A program made the translations under genes and the position numbers. The notes below the pieces were generated by a model, which worked only from the letters and a program-made list of their open reading frames with translations, had not been told where the DNA came from and did not search any database. This document shows, piece after piece, positions 50,954 through 59,605 of a stretch of 64,000 bases of DNA; position 1 is the first letter of the stretch; each line of letters opens with the position of its first letter. The DNA lies in IMG/VR virus record IMGVR_UViG_3300035670_000014, positions 1 through 64,000 of that record. One strand, given 5' to 3'. The stretch is from a virus.

Positions 50954-53055
50954 GCTCTATTCCCTATATAAGAGAAGGTTCTTCTAATGTGAGAATGCCT
51001 AAAGACTATGGGTATGTATATGCTCAGGTTAATGACTGGGCTAGTCTAGAAGATTTAGTAGATCCCAAAGAAGGAGATATAGCTTACATCCAAGACCTTC
51101 CTACTGGAGGTGGAGGGGGGCTTGGTATGGTTTTGGGAGGCGAAGCAATCTATACTGGTGGTAGCTGGAAGTTAAGAAGAGCACAAGGACTTACAAAAGC
51201 TGCACTAGATGCATATCTTGATAGTGGAGAATATGGTTATGAGGCAATAGTTGGTTGCATAGGAGTTGTCCGTGTAACTCCATATGCTGATGCAAGTTCC
51301 AAATATTACTACTGGACTGGAAGCGAATGGCTACGTACTCCAGATGGAACTGGGTATATCCACCCTAGTGTTCCAAACTGGGATACTCTTCCTTCAGATA
51401 ATGTACAAGATGAGGATCAAGTTTTTGTTAACTCTCTTGATGATGTAGAAACTAGTAATGGAATTGCTAAGTGGTCCGAGTCAGATGAAGAATGGAAACT
51501 CCAAGAAGTAACTTATTCAGGTTGGAATCCATATACATTTAGTACTGCTTTTGCGGGCACTATTACAAATGGAGCCATTATTCGGACAGACGATGGGTCA
51601 TGGGAGGCGCCTCTTTATTTTTGGAATACTGTTGGATCTGACTGGATAAGGTCGCCTGAAAATGTTAACTATCTCTGGCCTCAAACTATTCCGGGTACTT
51701 GGGCTTCTCTTAATACAGATGGCAAGCTTAATGCGGATCGCATCTCAGTACCTAACTGGACTACAGGTGGCAGTGATGGCGTTGCACAATACGATGGCTC
51801 CGAGTGGAAGTTAGTAGAAGGTGTGGTTGATACCATTGCAAATCTTCTCGCCTTTACCGGGGAAAAAGAACCGGGAGCTAAAGTTACTGTAGGAACTGGT
51901 ATAGCAGCTGACCCTGTATATTTCTGGAGCGGCACTGGGTGGTTGCGAACTGCAGATCAGTCGCACTACATCTGGCCGCAGGTTAACAACTGGAGCGAGC
52001 TGACTACGCTACGACCTCATGCTATAAACAATGACGAAGTGCCTGTGCATACGCTTAACGTTTCTCAATCTAGCGGCACGGCGCAGTTGCATGGTGGTAC
52101 TTGGAAGCTAATTGAAGGAAAGTGGCCATCTGTAACTGACATGAACGACTGGGATGAAGGAGACATTCATTCGGGTGCAATAGCTTATGTGGACCCGACC
52201 CATCAGTATGATCAGGACTCAACTGTTTATTATTACACAGGTGGAGCTTGGGTTGCCACTCAGCCTGCTGGAGTTACAAAGGTTCACACCATTTCCTCCA
52301 TTTATGATTTTAGCGCGAGCGGTTTGGCCGATGGGGACTATGGCGTTCTGACTCCATCTGGCGGCTCTCCTATCGTGCTAAGGTACAAAGCGGCGTGTAC
52401 GATTGCGGCTGGCGGTACCCGTGCTGTCTGGATGACTCCTACTGCGTATGCTGGAAGTCCAGTTTTGCAAGCGTGGACCGACGGAACAGAAAACAATTCA
52501 ACCTTGGCCTCACAAGGGTGGACATTAGCTATTGGAACAGGCTGTACTCTTGGGCCAACTGGAGGCTATCAAAGAATGGCAACGCCCGGTTCTCAAGTTA
52601 GCGTATCGTTGGCTGCAATGTCCGGTGCGATAACATCGACCACAAAAGTAGAGTCGATTTATGAATGTAGAGGGTCAATTCCGGGAGGTTCAACTGTGCG
52701 ATCTAAACAGTTTTATCTTGCGGATGGAGTAAATGGCTATTCCATTGGTGACTCAGGCGCAGGCGGTTCCAATGGATATGGGTATCGACAAGCAGCTACT
52801 GGTGCGATTGTAAACACCCCTATTCGAGACGTTACAAGCGCAAGAATACCAGCGTTGGCGGCTACCCCATTTGTTTGTGTTGCCAGAGACGAAGGTAGAA
52901 CGGTTTTTGCATCTCTTTCAGTTAATGGAAATGCGTTTGCCGACTACCGAAGAAATCTTGGTAGTATCGCAGCCAGTATTTTTTATGTTTACATAACAGG
53001 CGATATTACTGCACCAATTACAATGGACTACCGAGGTCAGGTTCTCACCTATTAG
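50950..53055 (+). CDS. Tail fibre / receptor-binding protein with about 100-aa Trp-rich repeats
   Basis: Four repeats Y.(W)P....W..L...G.A.Y.G..WKL...YFW.G..W.R; distinct C-terminal domain; RBS AGGAG. Confidence 0.75.
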   Translation: MSSIPYIREGSSNVRMPKDYGYVYAQVNDWASLEDLVDPKEGDIAYIQDLPTGGGGGLGMVLGGEAIYTGGSWKLRRAQGLTKAALDAYLDSGEYGYEAIVGCIGVVRVTPYADASSKYYYWTGSEWLRTPDGTGYIHPSVPNWDTLPSDNVQDEDQVFVNSLDDVETSNGIAKWSESDEEWKLQEVTYSGWNPYTFSTAFAGTITNGAIIRTDDGSWEAPLYFWNTVGSDWIRSPENVNYLWPQTIPGTWASLNTDGKLNADRISVPNWTTGGSDGVAQYDGSEWKLVEGVVDTIANLLAFTGEKEPGAKVTVGTGIAADPVYFWSGTGWLRTADQSHYIWPQVNNWSELTTLRPHAINNDEVPVHTLNVSQSSGTAQLHGGTWKLIEGKWPSVTDMNDWDEGDIHSGAIAYVDPTHQYDQDSTVYYYTGGAWVATQPAGVTKVHTISSIYDFSASGLADGDYGVLTPSGGSPIVLRYKAACTIAAGGTRAVWMTPTAYAGSPVLQAWTDGTENNSTLASQGWTLAIGTGCTLGPTGGYQRMATPGSQVSVSLAAMSGAITSTTKVESIYECRGSIPGGSTVRSKQFYLADGVNGYSIGDSGAGGSNGYGYRQAATGAIVNTPIRDVTSARIPALAATPFVCVARDEGRTVFASLSVNGNAFADYRRNLGSIAASIFYVYITGDITAPITMDYRGQVLTY

Positions 53056-53062
53056 GACAAGT

Positions 53063-53299
53063 ATGCAGATTATAGCAAAGTATAGGCATCAGTTTTTAAA
53101 TGAATTAAAATCATACACAATTCATTTAGTAGATAACATTTGTACTTGTACCGAAGATGGCACTGAAGATGCGGTAGTTCTAAACTGGAATGGTGAATCA
53201 GTTTCTGGTAATTTGTCGGATGAAGTATTGAACGGGGTGTCAGCTTTAATTACAAAAACGATACAAGACGTAAGCGCAGCTGGATTATTATTAGTTTAA
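53063..53299 (+). CDS. Small protein after fibre (possible fibre chaperone)
   Basis: 78 aa directly after fibre, shares its CpG-rich composition. Confidence 0.45.
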   Translation: MQIIAKYRHQFLNELKSYTIHLVDNICTCTEDGTEDAVVLNWNGESVSGNLSDEVLNGVSALITKTIQDVSAAGLLLV

Positions 53300-53357
53300 A
53301 AAACTCATATACATAATTAAGGAATATCATGATCTATCTTGCTTTTAAAGCCGCCTA

Positions 53358-53522
53358 ATGTCTGATAGACAGGAATACCGCTATCCCTATCCGATACTTC
53401 TATCAGACTTACAAAGGCACATAGAAGCAGCATCTAAAAAGTTAAAGATGCCAATTGATCTTCTTGAAATAGTTCCAAATGAAACCCACCTCGTCATAAG
53501 AGTAAGGGAATTAGTAAAATAA
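53358..53522 (+). CDS. Unannotated 54-aa hypothetical protein
   Basis: MSDRQEYRYPYPILLSDLQRHIEAASKKLKMPIDLLEIVPNETHLVIRVRELVK; TAATG-coupled to a 9-codon ORF at 53329. Confidence 0.45.
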   Translation: MSDRQEYRYPYPILLSDLQRHIEAASKKLKMPIDLLEIVPNETHLVIRVRELVK

Positions 53523-53550
53523 ATTTAAATCAAACTTAATGGAGATATTA

Positions 53551-55341
53551 ATGAGTACAGATACTAGAGTTTCATTTGGTTCAATGGCAATATTAGTTGA
53601 AGCCGTCGAGAGTAATGCAGAGCTTAATGGGGTCCTTCCATTTAGCTTTACTGGAAATGAGATTGTAAATGTTGTATTGTTTAGCCGAAACTCTACAAGA
53701 GTTGTAACTCCGCTAAACGTAAGTACATTTAGAATGCTAAGTCAAACCTCAAAACTGTGTACTTCACTTGAGACAGTTAGAAATTCTAGATCGTCAAGCG
53801 AAGTTGGGAGATTCACTATAGCTGGAACTGGTAATCCAGTTACGGTATTTGGATTTCCTTATGAACTAATGCCAAAAGCAGGCGAGGTTACTTTTGGAAA
53901 TATATCTTCAGTAGGAATTAGCTCTAGAAGTTATCTACAAGAAAGATTTGATGAATCATCTGGAGAGTCTTTTGTTCCTATTATTATTAAGGCAGCAGAT
54001 TTCTCAGGAGTTGGTACTTTCAAAGTAGGCGACGTAGAATATCAAGTTGTAGGAGTCTGGGATTCCTTTCAAAACTTTACCTCGGGTAGCGAACTACCTC
54101 CTGATGAAGGAGGTGGAGGAGTTACCATCATTCCTAATGGTGGCACTCTAGAAGGCACCTACCAGGGAAGCGTAATATGTGAAGGTGAAGTAACAATAAC
54201 AGGTGGTTTACTTGTACAAGGATCACTTAATACTAAAGCTGGAAACTGCATAATAAATACTTTAAGTGAAGGTAATGACATTATAGTGCAAGGAGATTGG
54301 ATTTCCTCGCAAGTATTTAGTTATATGGGCGGAATTATAAGCAGTAACATTAGGATATATGGAGATTGGATATTTTCAAGTGTTAACCTAGTAAGAAATG
54401 AAGGATTTGTTTATGTACTTGGAGATCTAATTCAAGATATAGAAACCTATGGAGAATCAGAAGGTCAGTTCTATTTCTCTGTTTATACAGTAGACGGTGT
54501 AAATGGGGGTTTCATTGTGGTAGGTGGAGATTTAATAGTTCAACGATTTGAAGCAGTCGGAGGAGGACAAGATAAAGACTCAGGATCTGTGGGAAATGGA
54601 AGCTCCTTATTTGTAATGGGCAATATAAACTCTGAAACCATTCATTTATATGGTGGAAATATTACAAATGACGTAGAGGAAGTTTCTCTTCCTCAAGCAG
54701 GATCTGGCGGAGTTTTAGAGTGTGAAGGAAGTATAAACTGTGAAAATCTAGATCTATATGGTGGTAGTTGCTCTGTAATGGGACAGGGAGGAAATGGTGG
54801 GACTATACTATGCGGGGGACATTTAATTTCAAATTATATTAATTTAAATGGTGGTAATTCCTATGTAGAACAAGCAGGAACAGGCGGAATGGTAGAGGTA
54901 AATGGTTCAGCATCAGTGAAAAATACCATAAACCTAGCAGGAGGGGAGTCTTATGGAACAAATGAATATCCAGCAGGACCTGGAGGGTCATCTGGATCTT
55001 GCTATTTCTCTGGAGGTGGAAGCGTAGGGTATCTACAATTAACAGATGGAGGTGGAGTAGCTCCTACTGCGAATGCAGGGTTAGACTTCTCAGGAACCTT
55101 AAACGCTGGAACAATTGATCTCTCAATGAGATCAAATGTATATATAGTAGCAGAATCGGGATCAATTCTTAGAGTAAACTCTATGTCAGTAAAAGCAGCA
55201 CTCCATCATATTGTTGGTGATAACTATGTAGAATCTGGAGATATAAATGACTATACAATGGGCTCTATATTTTTATCAACAGGAAAGAATACAGAATGGA
55301 TGATCATACAAGGAGTTCCTGTTTCTAGCTTGTTCCCCTAA
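53551..55341 (+). CDS. Glycine-rich beta-helix repeat protein (probable virion appendage/adhesin)
   Basis: About 30-aa repeats G..GG.L.V.G.I....I.L.GG; start placed at ATG 53551 after GGAG. Confidence 0.6.
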   Translation: MSTDTRVSFGSMAILVEAVESNAELNGVLPFSFTGNEIVNVVLFSRNSTRVVTPLNVSTFRMLSQTSKLCTSLETVRNSRSSSEVGRFTIAGTGNPVTVFGFPYELMPKAGEVTFGNISSVGISSRSYLQERFDESSGESFVPIIIKAADFSGVGTFKVGDVEYQVVGVWDSFQNFTSGSELPPDEGGGGVTIIPNGGTLEGTYQGSVICEGEVTITGGLLVQGSLNTKAGNCIINTLSEGNDIIVQGDWISSQVFSYMGGIISSNIRIYGDWIFSSVNLVRNEGFVYVLGDLIQDIETYGESEGQFYFSVYTVDGVNGGFIVVGGDLIVQRFEAVGGGQDKDSGSVGNGSSLFVMGNINSETIHLYGGNITNDVEEVSLPQAGSGGVLECEGSINCENLDLYGGSCSVMGQGGNGGTILCGGHLISNYINLNGGNSYVEQAGTGGMVEVNGSASVKNTINLAGGESYGTNEYPAGPGGSSGSCYFSGGGSVGYLQLTDGGGVAPTANAGLDFSGTLNAGTIDLSMRSNVYIVAESGSILRVNSMSVKAALHHIVGDNYVESGDINDYTMGSIFLSTGKNTEWMIIQGVPVSSLFP

Positions 55342-55344
55342 TCT

Positions 55345-56178
55345 ATGATAGATAGAGCAGTACTTACATGGATAAGTAAATCTGAAGAGTGGTCAGCAAG
55401 TAGCTGGCCACATCCAGATATACACAAGTGGAGCTGGAAAGCTTCTCTTGAATTGCTTAAAAAGCAATTCAGTGAGGTTGTTCTTTATACGGATAGCTAT
55501 GGATCTAAGCTTTTTGAAGATTTTAATTTCAGCGATATTCTTGTTTCTTTTGATAGTAATTACCCCAAAGAACTATGGGGAATAGCTAAACTAGAAACTC
55601 AGGCACTTCAAGTAAAACCTTTTGTTCACGTAGATGGAGACTTCTACCTCTTTAACTTTCCAGATGAAGCAAGAAAGTCTAAAGTAGTAGTGCAATCTAA
55701 AGAATATAGAATTGGAAAAGATTATGACAATTCCTACAAGTTCCTAAGAAAGCATAATCTATGTGAACCTTTTATGTCTAATCTTCTTTATAATGCTGGA
55801 TTCATAGGTGGTAACGATGTAAGTAAGCTGCATCAGTACTCTACATATGGATGCAAAAATGCAAAAGAGGCATTAAAGCTATTAGATAAAAAACAAAAAG
55901 CTGAGATAAAGCATTTAAACTTTTACTTCGAGCAATGTGAAATTGTTAGATTTTCATCAGCTCCAGATACTCACTTCCTTGGAAATCCTCACCAGTTTCT
56001 TGGATCTAGCAACTATAGTCATTTTATTAATCATATAAGAAATGCAGAAGCACTAGTTTTTCATTTAAACTATCTAAAAGAAGTAGAAAGAAAGTCAGGT
56101 ATATACATAGAAGATGTGTGCTCGGATGAAGCAATAGAAAAAATGAGAAAAGAAATAAAAAAACATTCAATAAAATAA
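55345..56178 (+). CDS. Putative GT-A fold glycosyltransferase (DUF6734-like)
   Basis: VVLYTD, LWGIAKL, FVHVDGDFYLF (DxD), YNAGFIGGND, FEQ motifs. Confidence 0.65.
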   Translation: MIDRAVLTWISKSEEWSASSWPHPDIHKWSWKASLELLKKQFSEVVLYTDSYGSKLFEDFNFSDILVSFDSNYPKELWGIAKLETQALQVKPFVHVDGDFYLFNFPDEARKSKVVVQSKEYRIGKDYDNSYKFLRKHNLCEPFMSNLLYNAGFIGGNDVSKLHQYSTYGCKNAKEALKLLDKKQKAEIKHLNFYFEQCEIVRFSSAPDTHFLGNPHQFLGSSNYSHFINHIRNAEALVFHLNYLKEVERKSGIYIEDVCSDEAIEKMRKEIKKHSIK

Positions 56179-56241
56179 TATATATAGGAGCATGGGATTG
56201 CCCTATATAATGAAGAAAAACTTTATTAAATAGGGTAAACT

Positions 56242-56910
56242 ATGACATGGCTAAAATCAGCAAGAAGTCTAATTGCAAGAGCAGGGCTATCTCTAATAGC
56301 TCCATCCAACGCCCCTCAAGTTGTAAAACTTGTAGAGACTAAAACAGAACAAGAGCTATATGGGGAAGCTATAGTTGCTTTAGCTAGGGAAGAAGTTGGA
56401 GTCAGAGAGATTCCTATGAATTCCAATAGAGGCCCCAGGGTTGAAGAGTACCAGAGAGTTGTAGGCGAGTGGGCTGTAGGAGGACACTGGTGTGCATCTT
56501 TCGTTTCTGCCATGTGTAAGTGGGCAGCAGAAAGATTACAAGAAGTTACTAATGTTCCAATCACTGGAGGGGTAACTAGGATGTGGAGGAAGTCCCATGA
56601 AAGAGGACTTCTTTGCTATACTCCTGAAGATGTTATAACTGGTCGAGTTGAAATAAAACCTGGTGACATATTCATACAATGTCATGACATAGAGAAAGTA
56701 AGAAGAATAAGAAATTTTGAAGAAATAAGCGCGCCTAGCCATACCGGTCTTTGTACTGGTGAATATGATAAAAGAACAAAGGAATACTTCACTATAGAAG
56801 GCAACAGCAATGTTGCTGGATCAAGGAATGGTGGTGGAGTATATGCCAGATCTAGAAACTTAGTAGATAATAAGCTAGTAGGCTTTATAAGACCAGAGTT
56901 AAAGAAATGA
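56242..56910 (+). CDS. CHAP-domain endolysin
   Basis: EVGVRE..NSNRGPRVEEY, WCASFV (Cys), PGD, HTG (His), TIEGNSN. Confidence 0.85.
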   Translation: MTWLKSARSLIARAGLSLIAPSNAPQVVKLVETKTEQELYGEAIVALAREEVGVREIPMNSNRGPRVEEYQRVVGEWAVGGHWCASFVSAMCKWAAERLQEVTNVPITGGVTRMWRKSHERGLLCYTPEDVITGRVEIKPGDIFIQCHDIEKVRRIRNFEEISAPSHTGLCTGEYDKRTKEYFTIEGNSNVAGSRNGGGVYARSRNLVDNKLVGFIRPELKK

Positions 56911-57392
56911 GTAATAAGACTATTTATGTTGATTGTCAGGCTGTAAGTTCGAGTGAACTTTATGAGTTTTGTCTAAATGCACCCAATGACAAGAGTAGGT
57001 CAGTAAGGTATGTAGTCGTGATTAACAAGAATGTATCTGACTATGTACTACCAAAGGTAGGTAATGTAGAGTTTTTGAGGGCACCTGTAAGTGTAAATAC
57101 TATGAAACCATCAAGCGCAATTTCTGAAGCTAAAAGATTCCTTCTACAAAAGGAAGCTGAAGCCTTAATGGGAAAAGTAAAAGAAAAAATTGAAGAAGTG
57201 AAACCAGTCACTGAAGAAGTGAAAGTAAAAGCCCCCAAGAAAAAGAAAGAAGTAGAAGTAGTAGAGGCTCAGGAAGTTGAGCCTGTTGTTTCAGATAGCG
57301 AGGTTAGTCCTGACCAGGTGGAAGACCAGGCCGATGAATCCGGTAGTCAAAGCACCTACGATGAAAGTGGTGACTTTGGTAGTGAACTCTAA
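56907..57392 (+). CDS. Hypothetical protein with Lys/Glu-rich and acidic tail
   Basis: ATGA-coupled to endolysin; last 102 nt overlap a convergent gene. Confidence 0.5.
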   Translation: MSNKTIYVDCQAVSSSELYEFCLNAPNDKSRSVRYVVVINKNVSDYVLPKVGNVEFLRAPVSVNTMKPSSAISEAKRFLLQKEAEALMGKVKEKIEEVKPVTEEVKVKAPKKKKEVEVVEAQEVEPVVSDSEVSPDQVEDQADESGSQSTYDESGDFGSEL

Positions 57393-57740
57393 CTTAGTCT
57401 TCTGTTCGCCTTCTTCCTTCGCCCTTTGAGCATTCTTTAAAGAGGATTCTTTGAATTCTGTGAGTGCTCTCTGGGCGTTGTCTATTTTAAGCTCTGTAAT
57501 AGAGTTTATGATAGACTTTTCCATGGCATGCATGTCAGTTCTGGTCTGGTTATGAGTTGTCTTCATTGTATCTTCTAAAGCAGATATACGATGATTGATT
57601 CTATGATCAAGATCTTTTATCTTATCATCAAATTCCCGCCTCATCTCTCTTGTATTTTCATCAATCTTTTTATCCAATTGATCACCTATATAGGCAAGAG
57701 TTTCACTGAGATCCTTCTGAAGAGTAATCACGTTGGCCAT
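57291..57740 (-). CDS. Coiled-coil protein with C-terminal transmembrane helix (holin/XhlA-like)
   Basis: Heptad-rich body then VTTFIVGALTTGFIGLVFHLV; RBS GAGG. Confidence 0.55.
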   Translation of the reverse strand: MANVITLQKDLSETLAYIGDQLDKKIDENTREMRREFDDKIKDLDHRINHRISALEDTMKTTHNQTRTDMHAMEKSIINSITELKIDNAQRALTEFKESSLKNAQRAKEEGEQKTKLEFTTKVTTFIVGALTTGFIGLVFHLVRTNLAI

Positions 57741-57747
57741 TAAGTCC

Positions 57748-57966
57748 TCACTTTATCTTTAGGCGGGTTTTAATTAAAGACACCTCTGAAGATATTGTAG
57801 AAGTTATGATTTCAAGTTCACGGATTTTATCTTCAAGCAATAATCTGATTGCAGTTAGCTTAGAGAAGGTCACAGCATTCTTAAGTTGAGATTCCAAGAG
57901 TTCAATCTTAGATTCTAGAGCATTGATTTTTGTTATTAAATGGCTTATATCAGTTCCCGATGTCAT
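57748..57966 (-). CDS. Small coiled-coil protein
   Basis: 72 aa, leucine heptads throughout. Confidence 0.5.
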   Translation of the reverse strand: MTSGTDISHLITKINALESKIELLESQLKNAVTFSKLTAIRLLLEDKIRELEIITSTISSEVSLIKTRLKIK

Positions 57967-58219
57967 TTATATTCTCACTGGAATCAACTGACAGGTTATT
58001 CTGTCTAGTTTTATTGTAAGAAACAGAACCAAGGGTATCTACACCAAAATAAGCAGCCCATATGGTTGTCATTAAAATGGTATAGTTGTTAGGATCCAGC
58101 AAACCTGCTGATAATAAACAAGTATTTAGAATAGAAAGAAAGTAGGAAGCAGAAAGCTTTCTACTAATATACCCCTCTCTATCTTTAAAAATACCCTGCA
58201 TTAAGTAATCTACAATCAT
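57950..58219 (-). CDS. Putative two-TM holin-like protein
   Basis: ISRKL followed by two hydrophobic helices ending AAYFG; RBS AGGAG. Confidence 0.55.
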   Translation of the reverse strand: MIVDYLMQGIFKDREGYISRKLSASYFLSILNTCLLSAGLLDPNNYTILMTTIWAAYFGVDTLGSVSYNKTRQNNLSVDSSENINDIGN

Positions 58220-58243
58220 AAGGTCTCCTGGAAAGTCAAGAGA

Positions 58244-58271
58244 ATTATAACTTAGTAAACTTAAGTTTCAA
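58244..58271 (-). promoter_or_regulatory. Sigma70-like promoter for the small membrane genes, overlapped by a 12-bp palindrome
   Basis: Minus strand TTGAAA-N16-TATAAT; AAACTTAAGTTT at 58257-58268. Confidence 0.55.
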
Positions 58272-58299
58272 AGAAAAAAGCCCCTCTTTCAAGGGGCTT
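58272..58299 (-). terminator. Rho-independent terminator ending the minus-strand DNA-metabolism operon
   Basis: AAGCCCCT-CTTTCA-AGGGGCTT hairpin with A run on its left (U tail on minus strand). Confidence 0.85.
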
Positions 58300-58327
58300 C
58301 TTAGTAGGTAATAGAATGGCAGGCTAA

Positions 58328-58951
58328 TTAATTAGTTCGCCTTATGGCCATGTAGTATGGTGACCACTCTATAGCCTGGAATCTTTTATCCATCTCAAAC
58401 CTTGCCATGGCAGGAGCCAAGTCCATGGTGCTGACTTCAAGTCTTGCAAGATTCCTTGCAGCTACACCTTCAGCTCGAAGGGTTTCCCTATCAAGCTTAG
58501 GGTCGGTATGATAGTAAAGATAAAAGACATATGAGTTCTGAGATCTATCGACTTCAAGGCTAAAGCCTATTGCCTTAGGATCTGACAGGAAAGCTTCACC
58601 TACTGCATCTGCTACCTTAAGCCTGGTTAGGCGATCAGCTGTACCGGGAATCATAGACTTGACCATCCTGGTAGGATACTGCCCGCATAAGAATCCAATT
58701 GACTCTACAAGCCTGTTAGATTGCATGGCAAGGAAAACAGAGTGAGAGAAAGCTTGCTTATCAGCAAAGGGATTCTCTAGCTCAAGAACTGGTAAGGTAA
58801 TCAAATCGGGCTTCATAGTAGAGCCATGGAGTCGATTTACCTGATCAGCAATTTCTCTTTGAGATGTAGAGCTATTGATAATGTCACGAAATGCCTTAGG
58901 GCGGTTATCAAATACTGCATCTCTGGAGAGTACGCCTGGCGCTATTGTCAT
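58328..58951 (-). CDS. Hypothetical protein
   Basis: 207-aa ORF coupled to upstream gene. Confidence 0.55.
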   Translation of the reverse strand: MTIAPGVLSRDAVFDNRPKAFRDIINSSTSQREIADQVNRLHGSTMKPDLITLPVLELENPFADKQAFSHSVFLAMQSNRLVESIGFLCGQYPTRMVKSMIPGTADRLTRLKVADAVGEAFLSDPKAIGFSLEVDRSQNSYVFYLYYHTDPKLDRETLRAEGVAARNLARLEVSTMDLAPAMARFEMDKRFQAIEWSPYYMAIRRTN

Positions 58952-59220
58952 AAATACCTATTGGTTGTTGATCTTGTAGTAATTTTTATGGGCGGGATAT
59001 CTAATATATTACATATCCTTTTAAGAATATATTCATATTCCTGCTTAAGTAAACCTTTCTTCTGAAAAAACATATCAGCCAAAGTGGCAGGGTTAATATC
59101 AGACTCAAGCCAGCTTAGAGCGGCTCTTTCTTCTAGGTTTAATTTCTTTAGGAGCAGAGACTCTTCTTGGAGTCTTAGGCTTTGGTTCTCTAAGTGTTGT
59201 TGGTAGGCTGACTGATTCAT
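58948..59220 (-). CDS. Hypothetical protein
   Basis: About 90 aa; likely ATG at 59220; overlaps RusA tail. Confidence 0.45.
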   Translation of the reverse strand: MNQSAYQQHLENQSLRLQEESLLLKKLNLEERAALSWLESDINPATLADMFFQKKGLLKQEYEYILKRICNILDIPPIKITTRSTTNRYL

Positions 59221-59605
59221 CGTAAGCAAGTGGTATGACTTCTATTTCGACCCTGGGAGAAAGCTTGTCGTATTTCTTCTTCAGGTTCATCTCAACAATC
59301 TGAGAGTCATCTTTATAGAAAGCACCATTAAGGGCATCGCAAGTAGTCTTAGGAAGATTAGGTAAATCCTTAACCCTATGACTACTTAGGTAGTAAGTAA
59401 TATTACATATTACAGGTCCCTTATCTATTATCTTCTTTCCAGTAGTAGTCAAGAAGTGTAAGCAAGCTGTCTTCACCATTGTCTCGTAGTTTTTAAACTT
59501 TGAATCATAGGTAAACTTGCCTCTGAACATCTTACCTGCATTAGACTTTGTTATTGGTTCTCCTAAAACCACCACTTTTAATGCCCTGTCCTGAAATGAA
59601 TCCAT
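59105..59605 (-). CDS. rusA: RusA-family Holliday junction resolvase
   Basis: GEPITKSN, DLPNLPKTTCDALNGAFYKDDSQIVE, PRVEIEV; likely start ATG 59605. Confidence 0.88.
   Translation of the reverse strand: MDSFQDRALKVVVLGEPITKSNAGKMFRGKFTYDSKFKNYETMVKTACLHFLTTTGKKIIDKGPVICNITYYLSSHRVKDLPNLPKTTCDALNGAFYKDDSQIVEMNLKKKYDKLSPRVEIEVIPLAYDESVSLPTTLREPKPKTPRRVSAPKEIKPRRKSRSKLA

Noticed and set aside
50950-55341. Diversity-generating retroelement or invertible fibre cassette
   Set aside because: No reverse transcriptase, invertase or near-identical template repeat seen in this window
56192-56233. 13-codon ORF MGLPYIMKKNFIK upstream of the endolysin
   Set aside because: GGAG lies only 1 nt before the ATG, too close for a functional RBS
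2063-57238. Short antisense and nested ORFs in the track (e.g. 3097-3402, 13883-14281, 52395-52601)
   Set aside because: They are shadows of long genes, with no recognisable motifs
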